A stretch of DNA of 63,652 nt, counting the filler, from a bacterium (GTDB taxonomy: Bacteria > UBP15 > UBA6099 > JAJRTR01): NCBI GenBank assembly GCA_024278215.1. It is 5 parts of 5 records of this genome, joined end to end, with 100 filler letters (N's around TTAATTAATTAA, not from the genome) between each part and the next. Parts side by side here need not be neighbours in the genome. Positions count along the whole stretch, not along the records: positions 1 to 11,166 come from JAJRTR010000076.1; positions 11,267 to 43,224 come from JAJRTR010000077.1; 3 more parts are not named here. One strand, 5' to 3'. The position numbers and the translations under genes were made by a program. Below are positions 8,355-18,194 of this stretch, in pieces. Under the pieces are notes generated by a model. The model saw nothing but the letters and a program-made list of their open reading frames with translations. It did not search any database and was not told the origin of the DNA. The first letter of the stretch is position 1, and each line of letters opens with the position of its first letter.

Positions 8355-8966
8355 CTATCGGTTGCAATTTTCAACTCCATTATTCGCATTTATTTCTTTC
8401 AATATCTTTTCCTCCTCGATCAATTCGAGGAGCGTCTGACGACTCGAAAAGATAAGGTCTTTCGTTTTAATCGAAAGTTCGATGTCGAGATAGTGAATCT
8501 CTCCACATCGCGAACATACCACCCTTGCCGCGCCGCCTGTCAGCGAGACCGTCCCCGTAAGCTCGATGCGATTTCCGCAGCAGATACAATTCACAACGAG
8601 ATTCTCGATCTCAACAGTCAGCATTTTTCCGTTTTGCCCCTTTACTCTTTTTTCCTGTGACACATTCGAATATTTTTTCAGAAACAATTTACTGTCTTCC
8701 CGAACGATCAAAGGGAAAACGCATTCCTTATCAAACGGATTCTTGTTTCGACGCGGCCGCCCCGATCTATCTCTATGCGGCTGAGCATGATGACACGAGA
8801 AAGAAGAACAACTCCCGTAAATAGTCTCGTGACCATAAGGACAAACACGATCGTGATTGCAAGGTTGACGTACCAAGCAATCTTTAACGTGCCCGTCGTC
8901 CCCTAATTCAGATTTTTTAGGTTTTCTCTCCTTCGCAGCAAAAATAAATTCCTTAGCAATAGCCAT
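8355..8966 (-). CDS. Cys/His-rich zinc-ribbon protein, putative regulator
   Basis: CICC...CSRC pair plus an N-terminal Cys/His cluster; GGGGG RBS before ATG 8966. Confidence 0.55.
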   Translation of the reverse strand: MAIAKEFIFAAKERKPKKSELGDDGHVKDCLVRQPCNHDRVCPYGHETIYGSCSSFSCHHAQPHRDRSGRPRRNKNPFDKECVFPLIVREDSKLFLKKYSNVSQEKRVKGQNGKMLTVEIENLVVNCICCGNRIELTGTVSLTGGAARVVCSRCGEIHYLDIELSIKTKDLIFSSRQTLLELIEEEKILKEINANNGVENCNR

Positions 8967-9178
8967 AAGCAACCCCCGAATAAGATTGATAATTGAGAAG
9001 GAATTATAATTTAGTATTGTGGAAATTTGGGCAACGGACCAACAAACATATCCCTAATCAGCAACATTAATTAGTCGTGATACAGGAACATATATTATGC
9101 TACGTTGTATAGGTTTTGTTAAGTTTGACGTATTATCTTTACACTTCTTGTGATTCATGGAAGTTTTGTATTCAAGTC

Positions 9179-10990
9179 TTATCGTATATACTCGATACCC
9201 AGCGCACGTAGTCGTTTTCTCGCGAGGTCGGCGCCGTGACTGTAGAGATCGGTTTTGATGGCGTCTTTATACCATTTTATACCGCTGTCGCGGTCATGCA
9301 ATCTATTTTTATAGATGTCACCGATGTGGACGTAGCTCATAGTGTTGTCGGGTTTTATGGCGATGGATTTTTTGTAATAGATTATGGCATTTTCGTAGTC
9401 GCCGATTTCTTCGTAAACTTTCGCGACGAGGTCCTGCTGTTCGAAGTCGTCGGGCTGGAGGTCGGCGGTTATCTTAAAATGTTCGAGTGCATTGGCTTTC
9501 TTGCCGAGTTGATAGTAGATGTCGCCGATTTTATATTGCAGCGCTATGTCGTTTTTATTCGATGGGATCAGCTCGTTTGCTTCCTTATAGAGCCTGAGCG
9601 CGGTTTTTAGTTTACCCGTTGCATAGTTCTGGTTACCGATAAGAATAAGAGAAACTGAAAGTTTTTCTTTATATTTCGAGTTTCCCGGCTTGAGTTTCAG
9701 GTATTTTCGATACTCTTCGGCAGCTTTCCAGTAGTTTTTACCTTTAAAATACATTTCGCCGAGGTCGCGGTGGGTTTCAGGTATTCCAGGCTGTTCTTTG
9801 GTGATTTTCTGATATAGCGGCATTGCTTTTTTTACTCTGCCGGTCTGCCAGTAGATGCGTGCGAGTCCGACTTCGCATGTGGAGTGCGGAGCGGGCAGCG
9901 CTACACATGCTTCGAGTTTTTTCTCAGCCTGCCCTACCCTGTTCACGCGCAGCAACATTGCAGCCTGGAAGTTGTACCACGCTGCGGGCGAAACGCGCGG
10001 GAATAAAAAGAGGAATCCCGGCACAACGAGCAGCAAAGCGGCGATTGCGGCATATACAGGCGTGAGCCTGAACCCCTGCCGGTCCGCCACGGGCGCATAA
10101 GCCATGCTCGACCACAGGATAATTACTCCACTGAGGAAGGGGAACAGCATACCCGCGCCCAGAACTTTTATCAGGGAACGCAGCGCTGACATTTTCTGCT
10201 TACTAACGGGTGGCGCGGTGTTTTTGCTCGCTGCCGGCTCCGGGGGTGTGATCCTGAAAATGTTTATTTCCGGCATAAGCGCAGTTCGTTCCTGCACATA
10301 AGTCTCATATCCGGGGCCGAGTTCGATCATTGCGTTTACAAAGCGAAACCCCATAAGCAACGCCCCGATGCTTATCACAACGGAAAAGAAAGCAAGCAGT
10401 TGCAGCAGAAAAACTCCGATGCCGCGTTGCGAAAGCGCGAAAAAGAAGCTGAACGCAAACACTGCGCTCAGAACGATTCCGGTGGACAACTGCGGCAACA
10501 AGTCGAGTTTGTCAGCGAAAATAAAAATGAAAGGAATAGAGAAAACTTCTACACTTCTGCCGCTCTCGAAGCTGAACCAGGGCAGTACGAGCCCCGGAAC
10601 AAGCAGCACGACACCGGCAAACAGCCGGAAACCGGGAGTTCTAAGCAATGTGGTTACACGATTTCGACCGGCACGCTTCGGCTTTTTGAGTTTTTCATCA
10701 TTCGAGAATTTCGGAGTTTCCGCCTGCTGTGATTTATCCTGATCGGAAGCATCATGAGGCGCGCTCCCGGCTATTTTCGTTATATCCGTTGCTTTATCCG
10801 CAATCTTTTTTTGCGACGTTTTATTGACTGTCGGCTGACGCGCCTGTCGTTTCTGAGCAGGCTTACCGCCCTGCCCTGCTGTCGAATCTCCGGCGGACTT
10901 CTGCTTGTCCTTATTAAGAGCGCTTCCGCAGTTCAAACATATATCGACACCGTCAGGAACATCATTGCCGCAATTGTAACAGTAAGCCAT
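9179..10990 (-). CDS. Zinc-ribbon / multi-TM / TPR-repeat membrane protein
   Basis: CYNC..CLNC, about five TM segments, multiple TPRs (LGEMYFKGKNYWKAAEEYRKYLKLKP). Confidence 0.85.
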   Translation of the reverse strand: MAYCYNCGNDVPDGVDICLNCGSALNKDKQKSAGDSTAGQGGKPAQKRQARQPTVNKTSQKKIADKATDITKIAGSAPHDASDQDKSQQAETPKFSNDEKLKKPKRAGRNRVTTLLRTPGFRLFAGVVLLVPGLVLPWFSFESGRSVEVFSIPFIFIFADKLDLLPQLSTGIVLSAVFAFSFFFALSQRGIGVFLLQLLAFFSVVISIGALLMGFRFVNAMIELGPGYETYVQERTALMPEINIFRITPPEPAASKNTAPPVSKQKMSALRSLIKVLGAGMLFPFLSGVIILWSSMAYAPVADRQGFRLTPVYAAIAALLLVVPGFLFLFPRVSPAAWYNFQAAMLLRVNRVGQAEKKLEACVALPAPHSTCEVGLARIYWQTGRVKKAMPLYQKITKEQPGIPETHRDLGEMYFKGKNYWKAAEEYRKYLKLKPGNSKYKEKLSVSLILIGNQNYATGKLKTALRLYKEANELIPSNKNDIALQYKIGDIYYQLGKKANALEHFKITADLQPDDFEQQDLVAKVYEEIGDYENAIIYYKKSIAIKPDNTMSYVHIGDIYKNRLHDRDSGIKWYKDAIKTDLYSHGADLARKRLRALGIEYIR

Positions 10991-11026
10991 CCGTCTCACC
11001 GTTTTTCCAGATTGGTTTCATAAGAA

Positions 11027-11166
11027 GAGCCAATTGCAAAATTCTGATTCTGCTGCGGTCGGCTGCTATTGTCCATAGCTGCGTTGTCGGCATAAAATCG
11101 TCCTCGACGTACTCTACAAGTACGCCTGCGAGGATTTTGCACCTCCGCCTTGCTCTGAACAATTTC
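11027..11166. mobile_element. MITE family A copy, truncated by the contig end
   Basis: Starts GAGCCAATTGCAAAATT; near-identical reverse complement of 13147-13324. Confidence 0.85.
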
Positions 11167-11266
11167 NNNNNNNNNNNNNNNNNNNNNNNNNNNNNNNNNN
11201 NNNNNNNNNNTTAATTAATTAANNNNNNNNNNNNNNNNNNNNNNNNNNNNNNNNNNNNNNNNNNNN
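11167..11266. other. Artificial contig spacer
   Basis: N-run, TTAATTAATTAA, N-run (100 nt). Confidence 0.98.
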
Positions 11267-12240
11267 AAAACCGGTGACGTAATGACGGGCGACCTCGAAG
11301 TGGATTCCGACATAATTGCATCGGGCAATATCACAGCGGCGACGGGAACGATTACAGCGGCGAGTTTCTCCGGCGACGGCAGCGCACTCACGGGTATCAG
11401 TTCGACAGACAATACGAAAGTGCTGAAAACCGGTGACGTAATGACGGGCGATCTGAATGTCGGCGCGAATGTGCTTGTAGCAGGTGACATAACGGCGGCG
11501 ACGGGAACGATGACAGCGGCGAGTTTCTCCGGCGACGGTTCAGCTTTAACAGGGATAGTTGTATCAGGTTCTGTTGCGAAAACCGGCGACGCGATGACAG
11601 GCGATCTGAATGTCGGCGCGAATGTGCTTGTAGCAGGTGACATAACGGCGGCGACGGGAACGATTTCGGCGGCGAGTTTCTCCGGCGACGGCAGCGCGCT
11701 CACGGGGATCAGTTCGACAGACAATACGAAAGTACTGAAAACCGGTGACGTAATGACGGGCGACCTCGAAGTGAATTCCGACATAATTGCATCGGGCAAT
11801 ATCACGGCGGCGACGGGAACGATCTCGGCGAATGCTTTCTCCGGCGACGGCAGCGCACTCACGGGCATCAGTTCGACAGACAATACGAAAGTACTGAAAA
11901 CCGGCGATGTAATGACGGGCGACCTCGAAGTGAATTCCGACATAATTGCATCAGGCAATATTACAGCGGCGACAGGAACGATTACGGCGAATGCTTTCTC
12001 CGGCGACGGCAGCGCACTCACGGGCATCAGTTCGACAGACAATACGAAAGTGCTGAAAACCGGAGACGTAATGACGGGCGACCTCGAAGTGAATTCCGAC
12101 ATAATTGCATCGGGCAATATCACGGCGGCGACAGGAACGATTACGGCGTCGAGTTTCTCCGGCGACGGCAGCGCGTTAACAGGGATAACCGCAACAGACA
12201 ACACAAAGGTGGCGATAGCAGGCGACACAATGACAGGGTC
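11267..12240 (+). repeat. About six intragenic tandem repeats of 153-159 bp
   Basis: AAAACCGG(T/C/A)GA recurs at about 11267, 11426, 11579, 11738, 11897 and 12056. Confidence 0.9.
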
Positions 12241-13147
12241 GCTGACGATAGGCTCACAGGGGCCGCAGACAGGTTATGACGTGACCTTTTACGGAACATT
12301 GGACAGCGGCAAAAGCATGATGTTCTGGGATGCCTCCAGAGACGCGTTCAGAGCAGGCTTTGACAGCACCACTGTATGGGACGACGCGGATGTAGGCAAC
12401 TATTCATTCGCCACGGGGCACACAACAAAAGCGAACGGGGCGGAATCCTTTGCCACAGGCTACCTTACGACTGCAAGCGGCATTGCGTCCGCCGCTTTCG
12501 GGAGAGAAACGAATGTCGCATCGGCCTTCACGTTCGCTGCGGGAAGAAGTGTGACAATTCAGGCTTCCAGCGATCATTCCGCAGGTTTCGGTTATAATAA
12601 TGATATTAGTGGATTGTCCTCATTTGTTGCAGGAGAGTACAGCAACATAAATGGTGATTATTCAATAGCGCTCGGCAGATATATAACTGCAAACAACACC
12701 GGCACTTTCGTCATAGGAAGAGGAATCGACGCTTTTAACAAGCTGGCAAACCCGGTAACAAATTCATTGATGATAGGATTCAACAGCGATGAAGCCACCC
12801 TGTATGTAGGTCCGGCAAGCGGCGCGGTCGGCTCGTACGGGAATGTGGGGATCGGCACGAGCAGCCCGTCTTCCAGGCTCGAAGTCAATGGTAGTTTCGA
12901 ACTGTCGGACCCGGAAGTCGCAGGCCAGAGCACTATAGCAAGCGGCAGCGCATGCAAGACCGTTTCGAGCTCGATAATAACAGCTTCCAGCGCTGTTATC
13001 GTCACCCCGTACACGACCTCGACGACGAGCGCGGAAGCGACATTGAAAGTGAAAACGATAACGGCGAGCGCAAGCTTTGAGGTCTGCACAGTGGACGAAA
13101 GTGTTGTATCCACAAACATAGGTTTCTCTTATGTAGTTATAAATTAG
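11267..13147 (+). CDS. Repeat-rich adhesin/fibre-like surface protein, 5' truncated
   Basis: 53-aa KTGDVMTGDL...GDGSALTGI repeats; YadA-head-like SFATG/SAAFG repeats; GNVGIGTSSP motif. Confidence 0.75.
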   Translation, partial: KTGDVMTGDLEVDSDIIASGNITAATGTITAASFSGDGSALTGISSTDNTKVLKTGDVMTGDLNVGANVLVAGDITAATGTMTAASFSGDGSALTGIVVSGSVAKTGDAMTGDLNVGANVLVAGDITAATGTISAASFSGDGSALTGISSTDNTKVLKTGDVMTGDLEVNSDIIASGNITAATGTISANAFSGDGSALTGISSTDNTKVLKTGDVMTGDLEVNSDIIASGNITAATGTITANAFSGDGSALTGISSTDNTKVLKTGDVMTGDLEVNSDIIASGNITAATGTITASSFSGDGSALTGITATDNTKVAIAGDTMTGSLTIGSQGPQTGYDVTFYGTLDSGKSMMFWDASRDAFRAGFDSTTVWDDADVGNYSFATGHTTKANGAESFATGYLTTASGIASAAFGRETNVASAFTFAAGRSVTIQASSDHSAGFGYNNDISGLSSFVAGEYSNINGDYSIALGRYITANNTGTFVIGRGIDAFNKLANPVTNSLMIGFNSDEATLYVGPASGAVGSYGNVGIGTSSPSSRLEVNGSFELSDPEVAGQSTIASGSACKTVSSSIITASSAVIVTPYTTSTTSAEATLKVKTITASASFEVCTVDESVVSTNIGFSYVVIN

Positions 13148-13324
13148 AGCCAATTGCAAAATTATGTTCGTAGCGAGGTCGAGCGAAATTGTTCAGAGCA
13201 AGGCGGAAGTGTAAAATCCTCGCAGGCGTACTTGTAGAGTACGTCGAGGACGATTTTGCGCCGACAACGCAGCTATGGTCAATAGCAGCCGACCGCAGCA
13301 GAATCATAATTTTGCAATTGGCTC
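13147..13324. mobile_element. MITE family A, complete 178-bp copy
   Basis: 20-bp perfect TIR GAGCCAATTGCAAAATTATG; ATTA on both flanks (4-bp TSD). Confidence 0.9.
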
Positions 13325-13343
13325 ATTAGTGGTGATACATCAA

Positions 13344-14180
13344 ATGGTTCGAGAGTTCATCAATAATACAAAGGCGTTGTTTCACCCCGGCAAAGCAGTC
13401 CGCGCGGTAAGCCGCCTGGCCGGTGTCGCTTCGGTCACGGCAATTCTGGCCACACTTCTGTATTCATTTTCGCAATGCGGTTCTGCGTGTGCCGGGACGA
13501 TGAAAACCGGCGGTGTTTATACAATCGACGCGGATGTAGCCGGTGTAGCGGCAGGTGAATCCGCAGGCGGCGGCAGCTATTCTCTTGACTCGAGCGTGGC
13601 GCAGGCGGCCGGTTATGATTACTCGGCGGGCGGCAGTTATATCCTGAACGGGGGGTTCCTTTCAGTACTTGACGATACGATACCTGTGGACATCCCGCAG
13701 GCGATCACGATAAACACAGGCTGGAATCTCGCGGGCATATCGAAAACAGGTGTCACTTTCGACCCCGCCGCGGTTTTTTCTTCAGGCACATACGAGATAG
13801 CAACATACGATGGTAAATACGAGTTCTACGCTTCCGGCACCCCGATAAATATGTCGATATGCGACACCTACTGGATATATGCGGAAGCCGACCTTGGCGA
13901 GATCACGGATTCCGGCACGGAGATAACCGATAACTCGTACCAGATTTCGCTCGGCGCGGGCTGGGTATCCTTTTCAATTCCGTTTAATGATACGCTGTTG
14001 TGGGATGATTCCGCAGCGGCGCTCGATTGCGGCGGTTCGGCAGCACTGCCGGCTGTCTACAGCTACGACAACGATACCGGCTATTCGAAAATTTCACCGA
14101 ACGCAGGAGCGAGTCTTATGCCCTGGACCGGTTACTGGCTGAAACTCGACCAGGCCTGCACACTGACCCTCAGCAGATAA
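13344..14180 (+). CDS. Secreted hypothetical protein
   Basis: Signal-like hydrophobic segment; duplicated GWNL/GWVS..YW motifs; the track start at 13275 lies inside the MITE. Confidence 0.65.
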   Translation: MVREFINNTKALFHPGKAVRAVSRLAGVASVTAILATLLYSFSQCGSACAGTMKTGGVYTIDADVAGVAAGESAGGGSYSLDSSVAQAAGYDYSAGGSYILNGGFLSVLDDTIPVDIPQAITINTGWNLAGISKTGVTFDPAAVFSSGTYEIATYDGKYEFYASGTPINMSICDTYWIYAEADLGEITDSGTEITDNSYQISLGAGWVSFSIPFNDTLLWDDSAAALDCGGSAALPAVYSYDNDTGYSKISPNAGASLMPWTGYWLKLDQACTLTLSR

Positions 14181-14211
14181 TACACCTTATTTTTGTTGTG
14201 AGAAAACCGGG

Positions 14212-15018
14212 CTACTTATCCAATTCAAGGATGTCGAATTTTTTTTCAACGACGAATTCGCCGTCGCGATAGACATCCACGGACCATGTGCCGGGCACTC
14301 CGGCCGGAGGATTACCGGCAATGTCTATATAGGCATAAGTGACGCGAAGTTTTCTGTACCTGTTTTTGTTTGTCCAGTAATCGAACTCACGGTAAAGGTC
14401 ACCGTCCGGAGCACGCCATTCATAATGTACTTTGTGATCGCCGTTGAGAGACCGCCACCGGAGCCATATATAGGCCGACTTGTCGTCGACACTAAAGGTA
14501 GTCCTTTCGTCATAAGTCGAGTAATCCTTGTTGATGCCCGCACACATCGCCACCCTGTCGAGTTCTCCGTGCCGCGGAATCAGGAAGTATGCAACAGGAA
14601 GCAGTGAGCACACAATAACAGCCGCCAAGGGCAGTTTGACATACTTCCACAACGACTCGGTTCCACCCAACGCGGAATCCATCATAGCGCGGTTTATATT
14701 GTACAGAAGCCATGCTGTTGCCGCAGATATTATCCCGCCGTAAAATGTCGACTCGAGCAGGAAATCCACCTGCCCGCCGGCTGTTTTCATCGGTAAGTAA
14801 TAGAACGAACCGAACATGCCTGCCGCGATGACAAAATTCAGGCCGGGAATCAGATTCACACTTAACTTGCTCTTTTTCGCCCATCTGTCAGGGTATCCGT
14901 TCAGCCCGAAATGAACCGGGATTCGAGCCGGGAGTTTGTCATAGATACCCGAGTTGTAGTTATTCATAGACAGCGAAAATAGCAAAGGAATCAAGTATGG
15001 AAGGAATGCATATTGCAT
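14212..15018 (-). CDS. DUF1648-like membrane protein with a C-terminal beta domain
   Basis: LPARIPVHFGLNGYPDRW motif and TM helices. Confidence 0.75.
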   Translation of the reverse strand: MQYAFLPYLIPLLFSLSMNNYNSGIYDKLPARIPVHFGLNGYPDRWAKKSKLSVNLIPGLNFVIAAGMFGSFYYLPMKTAGGQVDFLLESTFYGGIISAATAWLLYNINRAMMDSALGGTESLWKYVKLPLAAVIVCSLLPVAYFLIPRHGELDRVAMCAGINKDYSTYDERTTFSVDDKSAYIWLRWRSLNGDHKVHYEWRAPDGDLYREFDYWTNKNRYRKLRVTYAYIDIAGNPPAGVPGTWSVDVYRDGEFVVEKKFDILELDK

Positions 15019-15241
15019 GAATATATTTTACTTAAAAAAGCATATTGCAGCCATCGTATTGCAGAAATACTATCCGGAGTTGATAAGCGTTATCTCATTT
15101 CATGAAACTTCAGCCCGGTACAAACCGGTTGCGGATTCGTGAAAACCTGATTCTTTCAACAACAACTATTCGTTGGTTTTTCACAATCACTTGCCACCCG
15201 ACTTTCTGTAGCGGTCAGGTGTACTTAAAACGGCATCATAC

Positions 15242-15446
15242 TTAACCCGGATTTCTCACAAAGAAATCCGGAAAACCGTGAGAACCTCCATTCTACTGCG
15301 TTGCGGCGGCGATTCGGGATTGGTCACATACCTGCATTTTGCGCAAGAGGCCGACTGGCCGGCGGCTCCCTCACCACTCACTTGCCACGCCTTGTATTAT
15401 GCGCATTCTTCCGGTTTTCACCCGCATTTGTGAAATATGCGGTTAA
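15242..15446. mobile_element. MITE-like family B element
   Basis: Imperfect TIRs TTAACCCGGATTTCTCACAAA / TTTGTGAAATATGCGGTTAA; right end recurs at 45859-45923 and 50781-50802. Confidence 0.6.
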
Positions 15447-15533
15447 CCCGGAATTTGCCTGCCCAACCCGCCTGTGATAAACTAATCAGAATCATTTAAT
15501 ATCTCGTGTCCTGATCGAAAGGGGTCCCCGCCT

Positions 15534-18068
15534 GTGCTTATTAAAATTCTTAAAGTTTTTCTTATTGCAATAGTGATAATAGCCGGATTGGGTTATGCCG
15601 CGCTTCAGTACTTCATGAATATGGGCATGCCCCAATATTCCGGCGAGATCAAAGTCGAAGGCAACGCGCTGAAGTCCGAGGTGCGTATCTACAGGGACGA
15701 CTACGGTGTGCCACATATTGTCGGCAAGACGGATGCGGATGTTTATTTCGCGCTCGGCTATGTTCATGCGCAGGAACGCCTGTTTCAAATGACATTGTTC
15801 CGCCTCTACTCGCAGGGCAGGTTGACGGAATTCGCGGGCGACCCGCCGACTGGTGGCGGGGCAGGCTTCTCGTCGATCCTCGCGCAGGACAAGTTCTATC
15901 GAGTGATCGGCCTGAAAGCGTACGGAGAAAAACAGGCGGAGGCTGTGTCTGCGGAGACAAGAGCACTGGCCGACGCCTACACCGCCGGAGTGAACACATA
16001 CATAAGCACGGCGGACAGGCTGCCGCCGGAGTTCGCGCTTGTGGGAAGGCCCGAGCCATGGAAATCCTCCGATTCGCTGATTCTCGGGCGGCTCATCGCC
16101 TGGAATCTTTCGAACAACTGGAAGATAGAGCTTGCGCGGCTTCTCGCAATAAAGGAACTGGGGCTCGCGCGCGGCTGGGAGCTGTTCCCGAGATACCCGG
16201 ACCAGGGCCCGTATATAATCGACCCGGCAGTGAAGAGATATGATCCGCGGGGAAAAGTCATCGAGAAGACGCCGCTGCCCCTGCCGCCTGATTTCCTCTA
16301 CGGTCCGCTCGCCACGGCGTTGCTGAACATAGACACAAACGCATACCGTGTTCTGCCGTGGCTGGCGCCGCCGTCGTCCTCGGCGGGTTTCGGCAGCAAC
16401 AGCTGGGTTGTCGACGGCTCGCGCACAAAAAGCGGCGCGCCGATCCTGTGCAACGACCCGCATCTCGCACACTTTTTGCCTTCCATCTTTTTCGAAGCGC
16501 ATCTCGTCAGCGAAGAAGGGCTCGACGTCATCGGCGTGACATTCCCCGGTATGCCGTTCGTCACACTCGGCCACAACAGGAACATCGCCTGGGGCGCCAC
16601 CACCACACGCGCCGACACACAGGACCTGTTTGTCGAGAAAGTTAATCCCGACAACCCCGATGAATACATGCTCGACGGTGAATGGAAGCGGTTCGCGAAA
16701 CGCGAGGAAGTGTTCAGGATAAAAAAGGCCGGAAGCGGGTATACTGAAGAGAAAATGACGGTTAGAGTGACAGCGCACGGGCCTGTGATAAACGATGTCG
16801 TCCCTGAGATCGGCGAAAAAGCGCCTCCGATTTCACTCAACTGGACAGGCCGCATAGTCGGCGACGACGCGGCGGGTTTCTTCGCTATCGCACACGCGGC
16901 CAACACCACTGAAGCCAAGGCCGCATTCGCGAAAATCGGCACCCCTGTACAGAACTGGATATTCGCCGACACGGCGGGCAATATCGGCTACTTCGCCAAC
17001 GGCTGGTTCCCGATACGGTCGCGCGGCGACGGCACTCTCCCCGTGCCCGGCTGGACCGGAGAATACGAGTGGCAGGGCTTCGTGCCTGTCGACGAACTCC
17101 CGCAACTCGACAATCCCGCCAACGGGCTCATCATCACGGCGAACAACGCCGTCCTGCCTGAAAAGGATTATCCTTATGTCGTTTCCAGCAACTATTCGAT
17201 TTACAGGGCGACACGCATACACGAGATGGTGGAGCAGCAGACCGGCCTGACTGCCGACCTGATGAAGACATTCCAGCAGGACCGCTACGCGAAGCAGGCG
17301 GAACGAATCGCACCGCTTTTCGTGGCCGCTTTCAACAAAGTCGGCGACAAAGATAACGCACTTGCGGTGAAAGCCGCGAAGATTCTCGCCGACTGGGATT
17401 ACAACACCGGCTCCGACAGCATCGCGCCGACGATTTTTTATAACACTTACCGCGAGATGCTACTGCTGAGCTTCAGCGACGAGATGCCGGAATACCTGAT
17501 AAAACTGGCGTTGAAGGCGGGGGCGATGGACGCGCCCTGGGACAAAGCGTTCGAGGCGGGCAACTTCAGTTTCTTCGACAATAAAGACACCCCGGAAGTC
17601 GAAGGGCGCGACGAGGCATTCGCCCTCGCGCTCGAAAAAGCGGTCGCGAAGATTGCCGAAAAGCACGGCGACGACACATCAGAATGGACGTGGGGTAAAT
17701 ATCATAAGCTGCTGTTTGTGCATCCGCTGGCGGCGGTGAAGCCCCTGGACAGGGTGTTCCCGAACAAAGTTATCGCATCCAGCGGCGGGCGCGGCACGGT
17801 TTTCGAATCATTTTTCCCGTGGACAAGCGACAACTTCACGGCGGGCATCGGCCCCTGCTTCAGGCAGGTAATCGACATGAGCGACATCGGGGGCGCGGAA
17901 ATGATAATCGACACCGGCGAGTCCGGCCACCCACGCTCGAAACATTTGTTCGACCAGAACAAGATGTGGTACAACGGCGAATACATCCCCATGCGTTTCG
18001 ACATCGGGGCGCTCGAAAAGAAAAACGCCGGGGTGCTGACACTCTCCCCCTCGGGCGCAGGCGGATAG
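15534..18068 (+). CDS. Penicillin acylase family Ntn-hydrolase
   Basis: RDDYGVPHI, GYVHAQERLFQM, GSNSW nucleophile motif, NDPHL, GESGHP. Confidence 0.95.
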   Translation: MLIKILKVFLIAIVIIAGLGYAALQYFMNMGMPQYSGEIKVEGNALKSEVRIYRDDYGVPHIVGKTDADVYFALGYVHAQERLFQMTLFRLYSQGRLTEFAGDPPTGGGAGFSSILAQDKFYRVIGLKAYGEKQAEAVSAETRALADAYTAGVNTYISTADRLPPEFALVGRPEPWKSSDSLILGRLIAWNLSNNWKIELARLLAIKELGLARGWELFPRYPDQGPYIIDPAVKRYDPRGKVIEKTPLPLPPDFLYGPLATALLNIDTNAYRVLPWLAPPSSSAGFGSNSWVVDGSRTKSGAPILCNDPHLAHFLPSIFFEAHLVSEEGLDVIGVTFPGMPFVTLGHNRNIAWGATTTRADTQDLFVEKVNPDNPDEYMLDGEWKRFAKREEVFRIKKAGSGYTEEKMTVRVTAHGPVINDVVPEIGEKAPPISLNWTGRIVGDDAAGFFAIAHAANTTEAKAAFAKIGTPVQNWIFADTAGNIGYFANGWFPIRSRGDGTLPVPGWTGEYEWQGFVPVDELPQLDNPANGLIITANNAVLPEKDYPYVVSSNYSIYRATRIHEMVEQQTGLTADLMKTFQQDRYAKQAERIAPLFVAAFNKVGDKDNALAVKAAKILADWDYNTGSDSIAPTIFYNTYREMLLLSFSDEMPEYLIKLALKAGAMDAPWDKAFEAGNFSFFDNKDTPEVEGRDEAFALALEKAVAKIAEKHGDDTSEWTWGKYHKLLFVHPLAAVKPLDRVFPNKVIASSGGRGTVFESFFPWTSDNFTAGIGPCFRQVIDMSDIGGAEMIIDTGESGHPRSKHLFDQNKMWYNGEYIPMRFDIGALEKKNAGVLTLSPSGAGG

Positions 18069-18194
18069 TAGAACCTTTCAACATGTGCCGTGCTGAAAAA
18101 AAGCTTTTCCTATTACCCCTGGTAATCAGGAAACGTTTTACCCGCGTTGGTAAAATATCCGGGTTTACAGCCGGGTTACGGTACACGACAGCTA

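Larger units (their letters stand above)
1..9000 (-). mobile_element. Putative integrated tailless (jelly-roll capsid) provirus, morphogenesis module; left end lies outside the window
   Basis: At least 12 co-oriented, mostly abutting or overlapping small ORFs with no housekeeping motifs; beta-rich capsid-like, Lys-rich and membrane-anchored proteins plus a transglutaminase-like enzyme; no tail, portal or HK97-like genes seen. Confidence 0.7.

Noticed and set aside
11167-11266. Recurrent TTAATTAATTAA motif (four times in the window)
   Set aside because: Artificial scaffold spacer; cross-spacer gene neighbourhoods were not interpreted
11215-12228. Long minus-strand repeat ORF, and similar shadow ORFs over GC-rich genes
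   Set aside because: Antisense shadows of well-supported genes
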